Source of the DNA: Mobula hypostoma
Lineage: Eukaryota
Length of the DNA: 64,000 bases
Direction of reading: 5' to 3'
NCBI RefSeq assembly: GCF_963921235.1
Contig: NC_086097.1
Coordinates: 160,582,001-160,646,000, forward strand
Shown: positions 49,165-60,762 of the stretch, in pieces
How the letters are laid out: the number at the start of each line of letters is the position of its first letter
How positions within the stretch are numbered: position 1 is the first letter of the stretch
Position numbers and translations under genes: made by a program
The notes under the pieces: model-generated
Told to the model about the DNA's origin: nothing
The model's input: only the letters and a program-made list of their open reading frames with translations
Database searches by the model: none

Positions 49165-49745
49165 GGTCATGTCTCTAGAAGTGGATTAGTTTTCAAGTCC
49201 GGATAAAATGCACCCAGTCTCTCAAGTAAGGGAGGAAACAGAGAAGACTGAATATTCTTTCGCATTTATTGTGGATATAGGCAAGACACCAGTTAACTGG
49301 GAGATGGTTAGGCTGTTCAGCAAAGAGGAGAGGTACAGACTGAGTAATTACAGCACAGTCAGTCTCTCATCAGTGGCATATAATTTTTGAAAAAGTTCTG
49401 AGGATAACATGATTAAAAATTCAAAGAAGTACACTTAATTAACTTCAATCAGAATTAATTTGATAAGGGAAGATAGCACTTGACCAATTTGCATTTTTGA
49501 TAATGTTACAAGAAGAGTTCATTGATGCTGAAGCATTGAAGTAGTGTGCATGGATTTCCACAAAGCGTTTAACAGATCCTTAAATAGTAAATTGCTCAAG
49601 AAAATGAGAGTTCGTGGGATCCAAGAGAAAGTGACTAATTAGATTCAAACTGGTAATGGAAGAAAACAAAGAACAATGATAAAAATCTTAGAAACAGCAA
49701 ATTAGTCAGCTTCAGAATCAGATATCTAGGACCCAGCGTTTTTTA
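49165..49745 (+). mobile_element. Old degenerate CR1 RT fragment
   Basis: PDKMHP, SNYSTVSLSSV and 'gtgtgcatggatttccacaaagcgtttaacag' (CMDFHKAFN). Confidence 0.65.
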
Positions 49746-49929
49746 CATCAATATGAACCTCTGCACAACAACTCCCTCCCAAAATGGTACTGAAGCCTAA
49801 AGCATGCCCTTCACTGCAATGCATCAAAACATCAGTTCTAAATCCCAAAGCTGACAACTCCAGAACCTCTTTACCCACTGCCACAACAGGTTTACAGCAG
49901 ATGGAAGTCTCACTTAACTGACTCTCCTT

Positions 49930-50145
49930 TTCAGCACCTAGATAACAACTAAACATATGCCAGGCTGCTATTTATTAATTACAGCTCAGCATTCAACACC
50001 ATCACCCCCTCAATATTAATCACCAACCTTCTAAACCTGGGCCTCTTACCTCTGTCTGCAACTTTATCCTCGACTTCCACAAGGGAGACCAGTCAGTACT
50101 GATTGGTTATAACATCTCTTCCTTGTTGATAATTAAACACAGGCA
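49930..50145 (+). mobile_element. Rex1/Babar RT fragment
   Basis: [27 protein letters not shown]. Confidence 0.75.
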
Positions 50146-50374
50146 TGTTGTGGGGGTATCCTGCCCAAATTAGAACAGTCCCCTAATTTGTGATGGAGTA
50201 CTGGTATTCCAATCTTGCTACATAAATGCGTATATAGGAGAGGTAACAAATATCAATTGACTCAAGTGACAGCAAAAACCATTCAAAAGTAAAGTCAACA
50301 GCATATCTTTTCAAAAGTTGAAAATCTAGAACTGGTCTAAAAAAACTGCTAGAAATATGAAATAAAAATATCTC

Positions 50375-50608
50375 ACCATCTGTAAAATGTGCTCCAGCAT
50401 TTTAGAGAGGCTTCATTAATAGGACCTGCAGTCTCTATCATCCAGAAGAATAATGGGTTTTGACAATGCTACAAATTTCAAATTCCCTGCTTTGGAAGGA
50501 AACTTGAAAGTTGCAGCATTGTCAAAACACATAATTTTTCTCGATGATAGAGACTGCAGGTCCTGTCAAAGTAGCATTTCCAAAATGCCTTAGCATATTT
50601 TAGATGGT
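50375..50608. repeat. 234-bp imperfect palindrome (hairpin)
   Basis: Ends 'accatct' / 'agatggt'. Perfect 22-bp pairing of 50421-50442 with 50543-50564; pairing continues to a small loop near 50490. Confidence 0.9.
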
Positions 50609-51331
50609 ACACAATGAACCTGCACTTCCCACAGTTAAGCAAGAGAAACAGAGTGCAGTCAGGTAGGCTGCTTTCTTCTAGCTGGCTAAGTATCGTTATG
50701 AAGAGATAGCATCCACTTTCTCTTGCTGTTCTATATTCAAGTGAAGTACATCATTATTTGAATTGGTTGAAGTTAAGTTTAGATATAACTTCACATGAAA
50801 CTTAATTATGAAGAAAGGTACCTTAACAGAATATAGAATACATGAACAGGAGTAGGCAGCCAATCAGGTAGTTGAGTTCATGCCAAGTTTTTCGTTACTC
50901 CACAAAAGCAATGCCCACTTCATAAACGAAAAAGAGAAGGCACAGTAAAGTGAATGTGAAGAACTAATAAAAGGAGCAAAGACTAAAGATGAATAAATTC
51001 ACAGCTAAGGAAAATATGGAATGTAGTTTAAAGTAATTAATTAACTTGAACAGGAACATGACAGGTAACTGGATTTTCATTGTGCCATCAAAGTTCTAAG
51101 AAATATTGCAACAGACTTGAAAGAGAAACTCAAATTAGATAGACATCTCATGCACTGCATTTATTTTCGTTTGATGTCAAGTCTTGAATCTTTGAGACAT
51201 AACTGTGCTTGTTATTTGTATCTACAAATTTGCTTCCTGAATGTGATTTTGTCTTGCACCCTTTACAGAAGCAGCTCTTCTATGCACACAGCTTTTCTCG
51301 GTTCCCTTTCCAGATTGAGTCCCATTGTTTT

Positions 51332-51388
51332 CTACTCCTCTTCGTAATCTGTACCACACGCACTTAAGTTTACCTTTCCTTGTACAGT
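51332..51388 (-). CDS. Speculative terminal coding exon (TVQGKVNLSACGTDYEEE*)
   Basis: In phase with the 54382-54543 candidate. The acceptor ('aaaaaaatag') is weak. AATAAA at 51160-65 on the minus strand. Confidence 0.15.
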   Translation of the reverse strand, partial: TVQGKVNLSACGTDYEEE

Positions 51389-51436
51389 CTATTTTTTTTA
51401 AATAAAGTAAATGCCATACAGTTTTCTTTTGGTTTT

Positions 51437-51830
51437 CTAGCTCAGTTGGTAGGATTTTTGCCACTAAATAGGATGTTGTGATTCAAACCCCACTCTGATT
51501 TAAACACATGGCTATTAATTTGGATTGAAGTTCCAATACAGTGCAAAGAGAATGTTGATAAATTGGACAACTCATCTCATAGATGAGCTGTAAAATCAAG
51601 GTCTGTTTTCTATTCCTATATTGAACTTCCTACAGCCTTATTCAAAGGAGTACTGCGGTCTCTTGATGTGCTAACCATTATTCCTCCTGCTACTAACCAA
51701 CTCCTTGGGGAAAAAAGAGCAACTACAGTCACCCCCTTAACAATAGCTGCTGTTATAAAATGTAATTTAATCTATGTGAAGAATTTTGAGACATTCTCAC
51801 AAATAAGGAAATTTTCTTATTCCTTATAGT
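51437..51830 (+). mobile_element. tRNA-headed DeuSINE-like element (SacSINE/AmnSINE-type), degenerate
   Basis: A-box 'tagctcagttgg', B-box-like 'gattcaaacccc', body 'gatgagctgtaaaatcaaggtctg', tail 'tgtgaagaattttgagacattct'. Confidence 0.55.
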
Positions 51831-52029
51831 TGTGCTCCAATATATCATGTCTGGAATTAGAAGCAAACCAATAAGAAGTTTTAAAATTGAATTTGAAGTT
51901 AATACACTCTGGAAAAAAAACCTTTTCAGCGGTTCCGAGATAAGGAAGGCTTATTGCACTGCTGATCTAACGATTTAGCTGTGTTATAGTTTCAGCATAA
52001 TTACCATGTACTGTATAACTTTATGATAC

Positions 52030-52340
52030 CTGTACTGATACCGCTTGCATTCAGCAGAACACAATGTTTGCTAAACTCACAAAACAGACATCTTACTCGA
52101 AGAACTTTCACAGGAAGAGATCACATGGAAAGAAAATTCAAGAATATGCTTAAAAACCTCCGTGCACAATGTAACATCCCCAATGACTCCAGAGGATGTA
52201 TGACCAATCAAAATGGAGAAAGAAATTTCAGGATGGCACTAACAACCTAAAATCCATATATTGGGAGAACACAGATCCTATGTAAGTTGTGGAAGGAATG
52301 CATCACTTCATAAATCAAGCAAAGCAAATGATCCTTAATC
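52030..52340 (+). mobile_element. Degenerate RTE LINE 3' fragment
   Basis: RKFKNMLKNLRAQCNIP resembles the RTE C-terminal KRFKDxLKxxLKxCNIP motif. Confidence 0.5.
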
Positions 52341-52914
52341 CTGAGCGTGCTTAAAATGAAAATGCCTAATGTAGCATACTCTCTACTGAAACCTCAAAAG
52401 AGCGCAAGTCTCTTTCTCTCCTCCTACAATAGGACCCATGAAGGTGGTACCATCAAACCACTTTCTAACTTTACCTTAACTTTTATCCTTTCATCACCAC
52501 ATTACCTTGACCTAGCACCTAAACAATGAAGAAAAAGGGCAAGATCCTTCTTTCTTAGATTTGTTGTTTGTAAAATATAAGGATGTAAAAAGTAGCAATA
52601 TGCAGGATAATGGAAATTCAATACTATCTCCACCAGAAGAAAATACAAATTAGCCCACATGCCCTAATGCAGTCAAACGTTTACCTATGTGGAGTAATTA
52701 ATCCATTTGAAAAGGTAGGAGCCTGGAAAGATCCTATGAAAGGAAAATGGGAAGTTTTCAAACCAGACATATATATCATTCAAAGAGCTTGACATCTGCA
52801 TATGACATAAGATCTACCACTGTGAATGACAGAATCAAATTCAAAATTATTTACTGTTACCCATTCTATTGACATATGTATTCAGAAGACCAAATGAGAT
52901 TGAAAGCAACGGGG

Positions 52915-54190
52915 AGACTGGTGTATGTAGTGGTTACACAATTTGGCTTGTAACGCTGGCTTGAATAATCAATCCAAAGGTTTTGAGCTCAAATGCCATC
53001 TTGATCATTCATGGATTTTAATTATATTTGATAAATTATGACATCAGCTTTTCTTTTAAATATTACCAAGTGATTTGTGAAGCTTCTGTACATCTGGTAA
53101 TTGTTGAACAAATCCCAACAGTTGAAATATTCAAGGCAATCAAGCCAAATCAACATGGTTCTGTGAAAGGAACATCCAATTTGTACCAATAAATTGCCAT
53201 TATTTGAAGAAGTATTGTTTGAAGCATGAAAAATGTCTTACACTTAGCTTCAGTGCAGACATTTGACATTTGCAGAAAATTTTCATCACGTAAGAGGTAA
53301 CATGTATAGAGAATTGGTTGGCTAACAAATAATACAGAAAAGGCCCAAACGGGTCTTTTACAACTTTCAGATGCAGAGGGACCTGGATGACCCAGTGAGC
53401 AATTCACAAAAAGCCGACAGAGCGGAATTCGGTAACACTAAGAATATTTTTTGTGTATCATGGGGGAAATTGAGTATGAAAGTAGGGTAGTTGCACTTCA
53501 GTTATTCAGGGTATTGGGAATACCACATCGGGAGCACTGTGTACAATATTGATTTCCCTGTTTCAAGAAGAACATTGGAAGCAGTTCAGAGATGGTTTAC
53601 TAGACTGACACATGGGATGGATGTGTTGTCACCTGAGGATAGGTTTGTATTCACTAGAATTTAGAAGAGCAAGAAAATGATTTGAGGGGACCTGTTATAA
53701 CGAATGTGGGGAGAATGCTCCTGTGGGATGATCTAGAATGTAGGATCACTGTTTAAGTAAGGTTTTAACCATTTAGCACAAAGATGAGGAGTTTTCCATT
53801 AATAGGTTATGAGTCCTTGAAACTCTCTCTCAATGGACAATCCAAGCAGAGTTGAGTACTCAATACTGAGTATTTAATAAGCAAGAGGATGAGAAAGTTA
53901 TTGTACGTAGTCACATTAAATATAACATTAAACACACAAATACACAGCCAACTTGAGAAGCTGAGTGGCCTACTCTTCTTTTGGTATATTTATTCACTTC
54001 AGAGAATGAAACCCAATATTCTTACAATGCCTACCTTTACATGACTCCATCTCACACTGACATTATTAATTGTAAATTTTCTCTAGTGGCTTTATAAGTT
54101 CTATCAACCCACAACAAATAGCAGCACATCATTCAAATAAGCATAATGCTTTGTGCTGGGCAACAAATGTCAGCCTTTCCAACAACAGTC
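52915..54190 (+). mobile_element. Degenerate tRNA-SINE interrupted by an old CR1 fragment (~53130-53990)
   Basis: tRNA-like head 'tggtgtatgtagtggttac'. CR1 parts: SQHGSVKG, 'ataccacatcgggagcactgtgtacaat', 'ctagaatttagaagagcaaga', tail 'gagtggcctactcttct'. Confidence 0.55.
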
Positions 54191-54381
54191 ACAAGCTTAG
54201 TGTGGATTAAAGTAAAATGATAATACTTGCATTGCATTATGAATATATCATTTTTAACAGAATGGAGAAGTAATTCACAGGTATATTGACAAATATGCAT
54301 TGGCGAATAAAATACAATTTGTGACAACAGAACTATTAAAAAGATACATTTTTGTTCTAATATGACCCTTGCACTACTAAC

Positions 54382-54543
54382 ATCCATCTTCTCCACACAC
54401 TCCCTTGCTGCCCACGTCAGTTTGATTGTGGGTCCTGGAAAGGTATCACAGACCTCCCTCAAAATAAAAGTGAAGAACCCGTTCAGAGATTTGGCAATGG
54501 TCTGATATGCAAGGTTTAATTTGCAGAATTCACATGGGACCAT
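54382..54543 (-). CDS. Candidate internal coding exon, 162 nt, phase 0-0 (MVPCEFCKLNLAYQTIAKSLNGFFTFILREVCDTFPGPTIKLTWAARECVEKMD), product unknown
   Basis: Acceptor 'ctactgtacatgacag|' and donor '|gttagt'. Open frame, length divisible by 3, higher GC than flanks, protein-like composition, no repeat similarity. Confidence 0.5.
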
Positions 54544-55581
54544 CTGTCATGTACAGTAGACTTGAAAAGCAGCCAAATCAGATAAATCCAGAGAAATACT
54601 GCAGCTGGTGCACAGTTAAAGACAGGGATAATGTATCTTGAAGCTTTAGAGCTTGTGCCACCCCATTAGACCCTAACAACATTACCATTTAAAACTCAAG
54701 GGATTAGAAAAAATACTCCATAATTAAATTATAAATCCCCTGGGGCATCATATACAGCATATGGTCTGCAATGGTTACACTAGTGTGGTGAGCTCCAGAA
54801 GGATTACTGTATGCAACTCTTCTTTTATTGAAATATCATCTCATATCCATGGCCTGAAAAAAACTTACTTTTTTTGTTCAGAAGCTGTTTTCTGCTATTA
54901 TTATTCAGCTTAAAAGATAAAATTTGCTAATCAAAACTAAATTGGCAAGAACAAATGCTAATGCTTAGAAAACACTCAATGAGTTCTTACCATTAAAGTC
55001 CACGAAAGAGTATACAATCCAGTAAGTGAAGAGTCAACGATAAAAAAAAGCAGAAAATTCAGGAAATGGAGGTGTCAGTTGAGTGAGAAATGGATTTAAT
55101 ATTTAAGATCATTGACCTTTAGTTAAAAGTTGGAAAACAAGCATCTTTAATTTGTAGAGTAGGAGAGTAGAAGAACAGCTTTTATCTCATTATCAGAGTT
55201 TCAAAGACTTCTTTATGTGATTGTCAGGGGCTTAAAAAAGACACTCATAGATGAGTGTGCCCCACAAAATCATTCAGAATCTCCCCCAACCAGAAGCACT
55301 GAATGAACCAAAAGATCCACAATCTGCTGACAGCTAGATAGATGATGTTCAGGTCTGGTCTGATGACCAAGGAAATTACAACAGGTTCAGGTGTAACATC
55401 TGAAGTGGCAATTCTGGATCAAACTTGAATCACAGAAGGATGTTCAACTGCTGTGGAAGGGATTAAGTGCTATCACCAAGCAACATATGTGACAGCAAGA
55501 TTTCACTCCCAGATGAGCTCAATGTCTTTTATGCTTGCTTTGGCCAGCAGAATATGATCACACCATCACAAACTCCCACAG

Positions 55582-58500
55582 GTAAAACCTGCCTACAGGC
55601 AGAAATTGAAACAGGAAGCGACCATAGTGAAAACCATCCACTGCTGGTCCAACCAATCAGACTCACTGACAAAAGACTACTTTGATAGTGTCACCTGGGA
55701 GATATTTTGAGCTAACACCTCTGAATACACGGAAGTGGTCATAAGCTTCATTTCGAAGTTCATTGAAAACAATGTACCCCAAAAATCAGTCGGGGTCTAC
55801 CCAAACCAGAAGCCTTGGATAAATAGTTTAGTGCGTGTTGCTCTCACCGCAAAGAATAAAGCCTTCGACTCCAGAAACCAACGGGAGCTCAAGAGATGTC
55901 ACTATGATTTACGTAGAGCCACCAAGGTGGCAAAATGGCAACACAGGGACAAAATCCAGACACAACTCTGCAACAATGACACATGTAGCATAAGGCAAAG
56001 ACTGCACACCATCATGTACTTCAAGAGGAAACGCAGCAATACAGCCAACATTGCCGCTTCGCTCCTGGACGAGCTAAATTTTTTTTATGTTCGATTTGAG
56101 TTTGATAAGACTGAACCCCTGAGGAGAGTCACTGATGAGACCTGCTCCCTGGTCATCTCCAAGGCTAAGGTACATAGAATTTCCCAATGTGTCAACATTC
56201 GCAAGGCAGCAGGGCCGGATAGCATCCCAGGGCAGGTCCTCAAAGCGTGTGCAGAACAGCTGTCTGGTGTGTTTACAGACATTTTTAACCTCTTCCTCTC
56301 CCAATGTGTAGTGCCTCCTCCTCCAGTTTCAAATCGTCTATCATTGTCCCTGTACCTAAGAAAACCAAGCAGCATGCCCGAACGACTGGTGCCCTCTCAC
56401 CTCAATTATAAGCAAATGCTTTGAGGGGCTGGTTAAAGGCTACATCTGCAGCATGCTACCACCCATACTGGACCCCCTACAACTCACCTATTAACAGAAC
56501 CAGTCTACCGAAAATATATAGCCACAGCACTACATACCATCCTCACTCACTTGGAGAAGAGGGACGCATACGTTAGAACGCTGCTCCTGGACTACAGTTC
56601 ATCATTCAACACATAATTCCCTCCAGTCATGACAGGAAGCTCAGAGACCTTGGCCTGCACCCCACCCCATGCAGCTGGATCCTGGACTTCCTATCGGAAC
56701 GCCAACAGGTGGTAAGGATGGGCTCCCTCATCTCTGCCCCTCTGATGCTCAACACAGGTGCCCCCCAGGGTTGTGTCTTGAGTCCTTTCCTCTATTTCCT
56801 TTACACCCACGTCTATGCTGCCACACTCAGCTGCAATCTGCTGATCAAATTCGCAGATGACACGACATTGATCGGCCTTATTTCTAGCAGTGACGAGATA
56901 GCCTAGAGGATTAACACCCTGACATAGTTGTGCCACGATAACAACCTCTCCCTTAATGTCCAAAAAACCAGAAGAGCTGATTGTAGATTACAGGAGGAAT
57001 GGAGACAGGCTCACCCCAATCAACATCAATAGGACTGCAGCTGAGAGGGTGAGTAGTTTCAAGTTCCTCCATATACACATCACTGAAGATCTCACCTGGA
57101 CTGTACACACTGATTGTGTGGCAAAAAAAAAAGCACAACAGAGTCTCTTCCATTTCAGGCGCTGACGAAGTCTGGCACAAGCCCCCAAATCCCCAAAACC
57201 TTCTACAGGGGCACCACTGAGAGCATTCTGACTGGCTGTATCACCACCTGGTACAGAAACTGCACCAACCTTGACCACTGGACACTGCAGACAGCACATC
57301 TGTGGACATGAACTTCCCTCCATTGAGGACATGTACAGCAGCAAGTGCATAAAGGAGGACTGGAAGATCAGAGGACATCAGTCACCTCAACCATAAACTA
57401 TTTCAGCTACTTCCAATATGACAAACAGTACCGCAGCATTAAAGCCAGGACCAACAGGCTATGGGACAGCTTCTTTCTACAAGCCATTAAATTTATAAAT
57501 TCACTAGACAACGGGGTGACCCATTGGGGCACCCTTTGAGAGAAGGGTAGTGCAGCCTGATGTGACCAGAATGAACATCAAATTTTCCTGAATGCTATTG
57601 GTATCGCTTTGCTTTGGAAACTGAAGTAGAAAACCTCAGTTTATTAAAGAAGAACGACACATAGCAAAGCAAATATAGCTCCTCCTCGTTGAACAAAGGA
57701 CACTTTTGATGGCAACATTTCTGGTTTATCTGCCACCCTTGTGCCTCTCGTTGTCATTCTGGAGGCATGCAGTCCTCTCATCCCCCATCTCTTCATCTCT
57801 TCTGTTGTTTGTTGTTTGTCTCTGATCTTGGAGACATGCATGCCTCTCTTCTGTCTCTTCTTCTCTGATCTATTTTTGTCCTGACTCTCTGATCCTGGAG
57901 TCGTGCGGCCCTGGCCTCATCCGATCCTTGTTCTCTCCCTCTCCTTGCCGCTTCCTGACAACGTTTGGCGTCATCTCTTGACCATAATGTCCCACTTCCC
58001 TTTTCACGCAGCATAATTAGGCTGACTGTTTTTTTTTAACCCTAATGCTGGATAGAAGTTATGAAGCACTAACACCAAAGGATGCTGATTATTCTTCATG
58101 ATGTGGCTGGTGCTCTCCTAAATGGACGTGATATAGTCACTGCTGTCCTTTGACGGCAGCAAAGGGTTTTATAGGTATCTCGAAGTACGTCATTACAATA
58201 AGATTTAATTATCTCTTATTGATGTGTGGCAGTTAGATCTGTCCCAATCCTGCACATGCTGATGGTGATTAGCAGAATGTGACCCCTCGAAATAGAGCTG
58301 CCGTGCCCTTTTGCTCTGGTCGGTGTCACTGCTGAGGCTGGCCATGCGCATGCATCGGGCTGTCATGTCTCGACTTCCATGATGGCTGGTCGGCTCTCAG
58401 GTGAAAGCCAGCCTGTTGATTTTTGGCAAATGAGCAATTTTATACAAAAATATAACCCTGAACTTTGCCTGCATTCTGTAAGTTAGCGCATTTTAATACA

Positions 58501-58684
58501 ATTTAGCCAAAAAAAGTGCCGCTGTAATGCACTGTTTGCGCTAATTGGAGGTCACAAACAGACAGACAGAGCATGAGAGTTTTATTGGTATAGAGATGTC
58601 TGTACGTTATGATGGAGTCATAACGCAAAGATTTTTACTTCCTCATGTTGTGGGATGGACGCATGATTTAAATAAGTTCAAATT
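55582..58684 (+). mobile_element. Rex1/Babar LINE, 5'-truncated, with a Helitron inserted in its 3' UTR
   Basis: YPNQKPWINS, KAAGPDSIPG, NTGAPQGCVLSP, IKFADDTTLIGLI, FKFLHIHITEDLTW. The 3' UTR resumes at 58597 and ends 'aataagttcaaattca'. Confidence 0.9.
57504..58596 (-). mobile_element. Non-autonomous Helitron (~1.09 kb)
   Basis: Minus strand starts TCTCTATACCAATAAAA and ends with hairpin GGGTGCCCCAATGGGTCACCC, 6 nt, then CTAG. Inserted in an A|T target with no TSD (host rejoins as aattca|tgtctg). Confidence 0.9.
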
Positions 58685-58944
58685 CAGCCCCTGATGACCC
58701 TGTGATTTCAGTTCTGAGGCCTATATCAGAACATTCTTCAGAAGGGTGAACCCATAAAAAGCATCTGGCCTAGACAGTCTACCTGGCCAAGTCCTGAAGA
58801 CCTGTCCTAACCAACGGCTGGGGTGTTTAGTGACATCTTTAGCATCTCACTTCGGCAGTCTAAGGTACCCACCTGCTTCAAGCAGGCCTCAAATCATACA
58901 GATGCCCAAGAAGAAAGTGGTAACTTGCCTCAGCATCCAAAAGC

Positions 58945-59100
58945 ACACTCAGTACTCTGCAAAAGTCTTAGGCACCCGAGATTTTTATATGCTTTCAGAT
59001 GGTATGGCCTCCACAGAGCCCTGATCTCAGCATCATCGAGGTTGTTTGGGATTATATGGAGAGACAGAAGCAAGCAAGTCATCAACATCTGCAGAAGAAC
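58945..59100 (+). mobile_element. Tc1 fragment (one TIR plus the DDE third-motif region)
   Basis: 'cagtactctgcaaaagtcttaggcacc' followed by VWPPQSPDLSIIEVVWDYMERQKQ. Confidence 0.75.
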
Positions 59101-60129
59101 CATGGCAAATCTTCATTCAGCCCTAGAACATTTGGACAGTGAAGATGCATACATCAGAAAGTTCTTCATTGACTATAGCTCCTCATTCAACATTATCATC
59201 CCCTAAGCTCCAGCACCTAGGCCTAAGTACTTCCTTGTGCAACTGGATTCTTGATTTCCTCACTTGCAGACCCTAGACGGTTTGCACTGGCAATAACATC
59301 TCCTCCACAATCACCATCAACACAGGGGAATCAAAAGGTTGCATGCTTAGCCACCTGCTCTACTCACTTCACACCTGAGACTGCGAGGCTAAGTACACTT
59401 TCATTGCCATATTCAAGTTTGCTGACAACACCATTGTTGTTGGCCAATTCAAAGATGGTGAAGTGTCAGCATATAGGAGGGAGATTGAAATTCCAGCTGA
59501 ATGGTGCCTGTTTTTGCCTCTAGAGGTGCAGTTCACTTTGAATGTTCACCACTTTCAATATGTAAACTGCTTTTTATGTCAATTCCTGTGCAGGTTAATT
59601 TTGATCCGATTTGAAGCACACAGTAATAGACATTCATCTTCACCCATTCTTTAGTTGTCCTTGAAAGAGCAATATATTTTCACAAGAGATCTCATTAAAA
59701 ACCCTGAAGAAAGCTTCTATCTGGGGTGATTTTTGGGAAGTAGTTTAACTTACTGCATAGCTGTGTAGATACATACTGCAAGGGCAGTAGAATGAAAAGA
59801 CATTGCTTGTCTTCAAGGGCATCGCCCATGTTCTAGAGATGCATCTTGAACTGCATAGGTGATAATGTTGGCTTCTGAGTTGAACAACATCGGTCACCAG
59901 GAACTGGAAGTCAGGTCAGAATGTGGCTCATCAATTGCATCTTCACGACACTTGAATGCAATCACAATGAGCATAGCTGCAGCACAAGCCCACACCAAAG
60001 CTGAAACAACAAGAACGAGAGCAGCTAATACAAAATGTGAAGTTGAGATGCAAATAGAGAAAGAACATATAGGAATGGAGAGTACGTGTAGAGGCTACAT
60101 TAAGTGCGTTCAAGGAAGAGTGTAAAAAT

Positions 60130-60762
60130 GGCAGGAGGAGAGAGAGAGCAGCGCGCCGCGTGTGCCCAACCCTCCAGTGAAAAATGATATCGTATCCGTT
60201 ATATAGGGGCCGTGGACCCTGATTTGGACTCTGATTTGATGAAGATGGATGTGAAAGCACAGAGGAACATCTGGAAAAATTTCTGAAACGCCAGTTCGCT
60301 GCTGTTTTTACTGCGTGATCGGGAATCTTTCGGAGGGAAGGCCTCAAAATCCCCGGCTTTGCCTGCAGTTGGCGACCGAGATGGAGATCGAATCGTTCGG
60401 ATAGAAATGGCGTTCAGTACTCGGTGTTGGACAGCTGATCAGAGCTCGACGTTTTCGGATGCCTCAGAGTCAGACCGTGGTCAGGTATGGCAGGGAGAGT
60501 TTTTCTTCCTTCTCCCCTCTGCGTGAGATGTGGGACATTTGAGAGACTTTGAACTTCTTACTGTGCTCATGGATTTCTTCATCAAGTTATGGTATTGTTG
60601 CACTGTTGTAACTATATGTTATAATTATGTGGTTTTGTGAATTTTTTCAGTCTTGGTCTATCCTGTGTTTTGTGATATTACACCGGAGGAAATATTGTAT
60701 CATCTCTTAATGCATGCATTACTAAATGACAATAAAAGAGGACTGCATGTCTTCATAATCTA
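60130..60762 (+). mobile_element. ~620-bp non-coding interspersed repeat, copy 2, inserted in the BEL gag
   Basis: Inverted homologue of 8201-8823. Ends 'aataaaagaggactgcatgtcttcataatcta' followed by an A-run. Confidence 0.85.

Larger units (their letters stand above)
55240..59510 (+). mobile_element. Older Rex1/Babar fragment (55240-55581 and 58685-59510) hosting a younger Rex1 and a Tc1 piece
   Basis: SLPDELNVFYACF...QTPT breaks at 'actcccacag' and resumes 'cagcccctgatgaccctgtgatttcag'. Then FSDIFSISLRQSKVPTCFKQ, FIDYSSSFNIIIP, FKFADNTIVVG. Confidence 0.8.
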
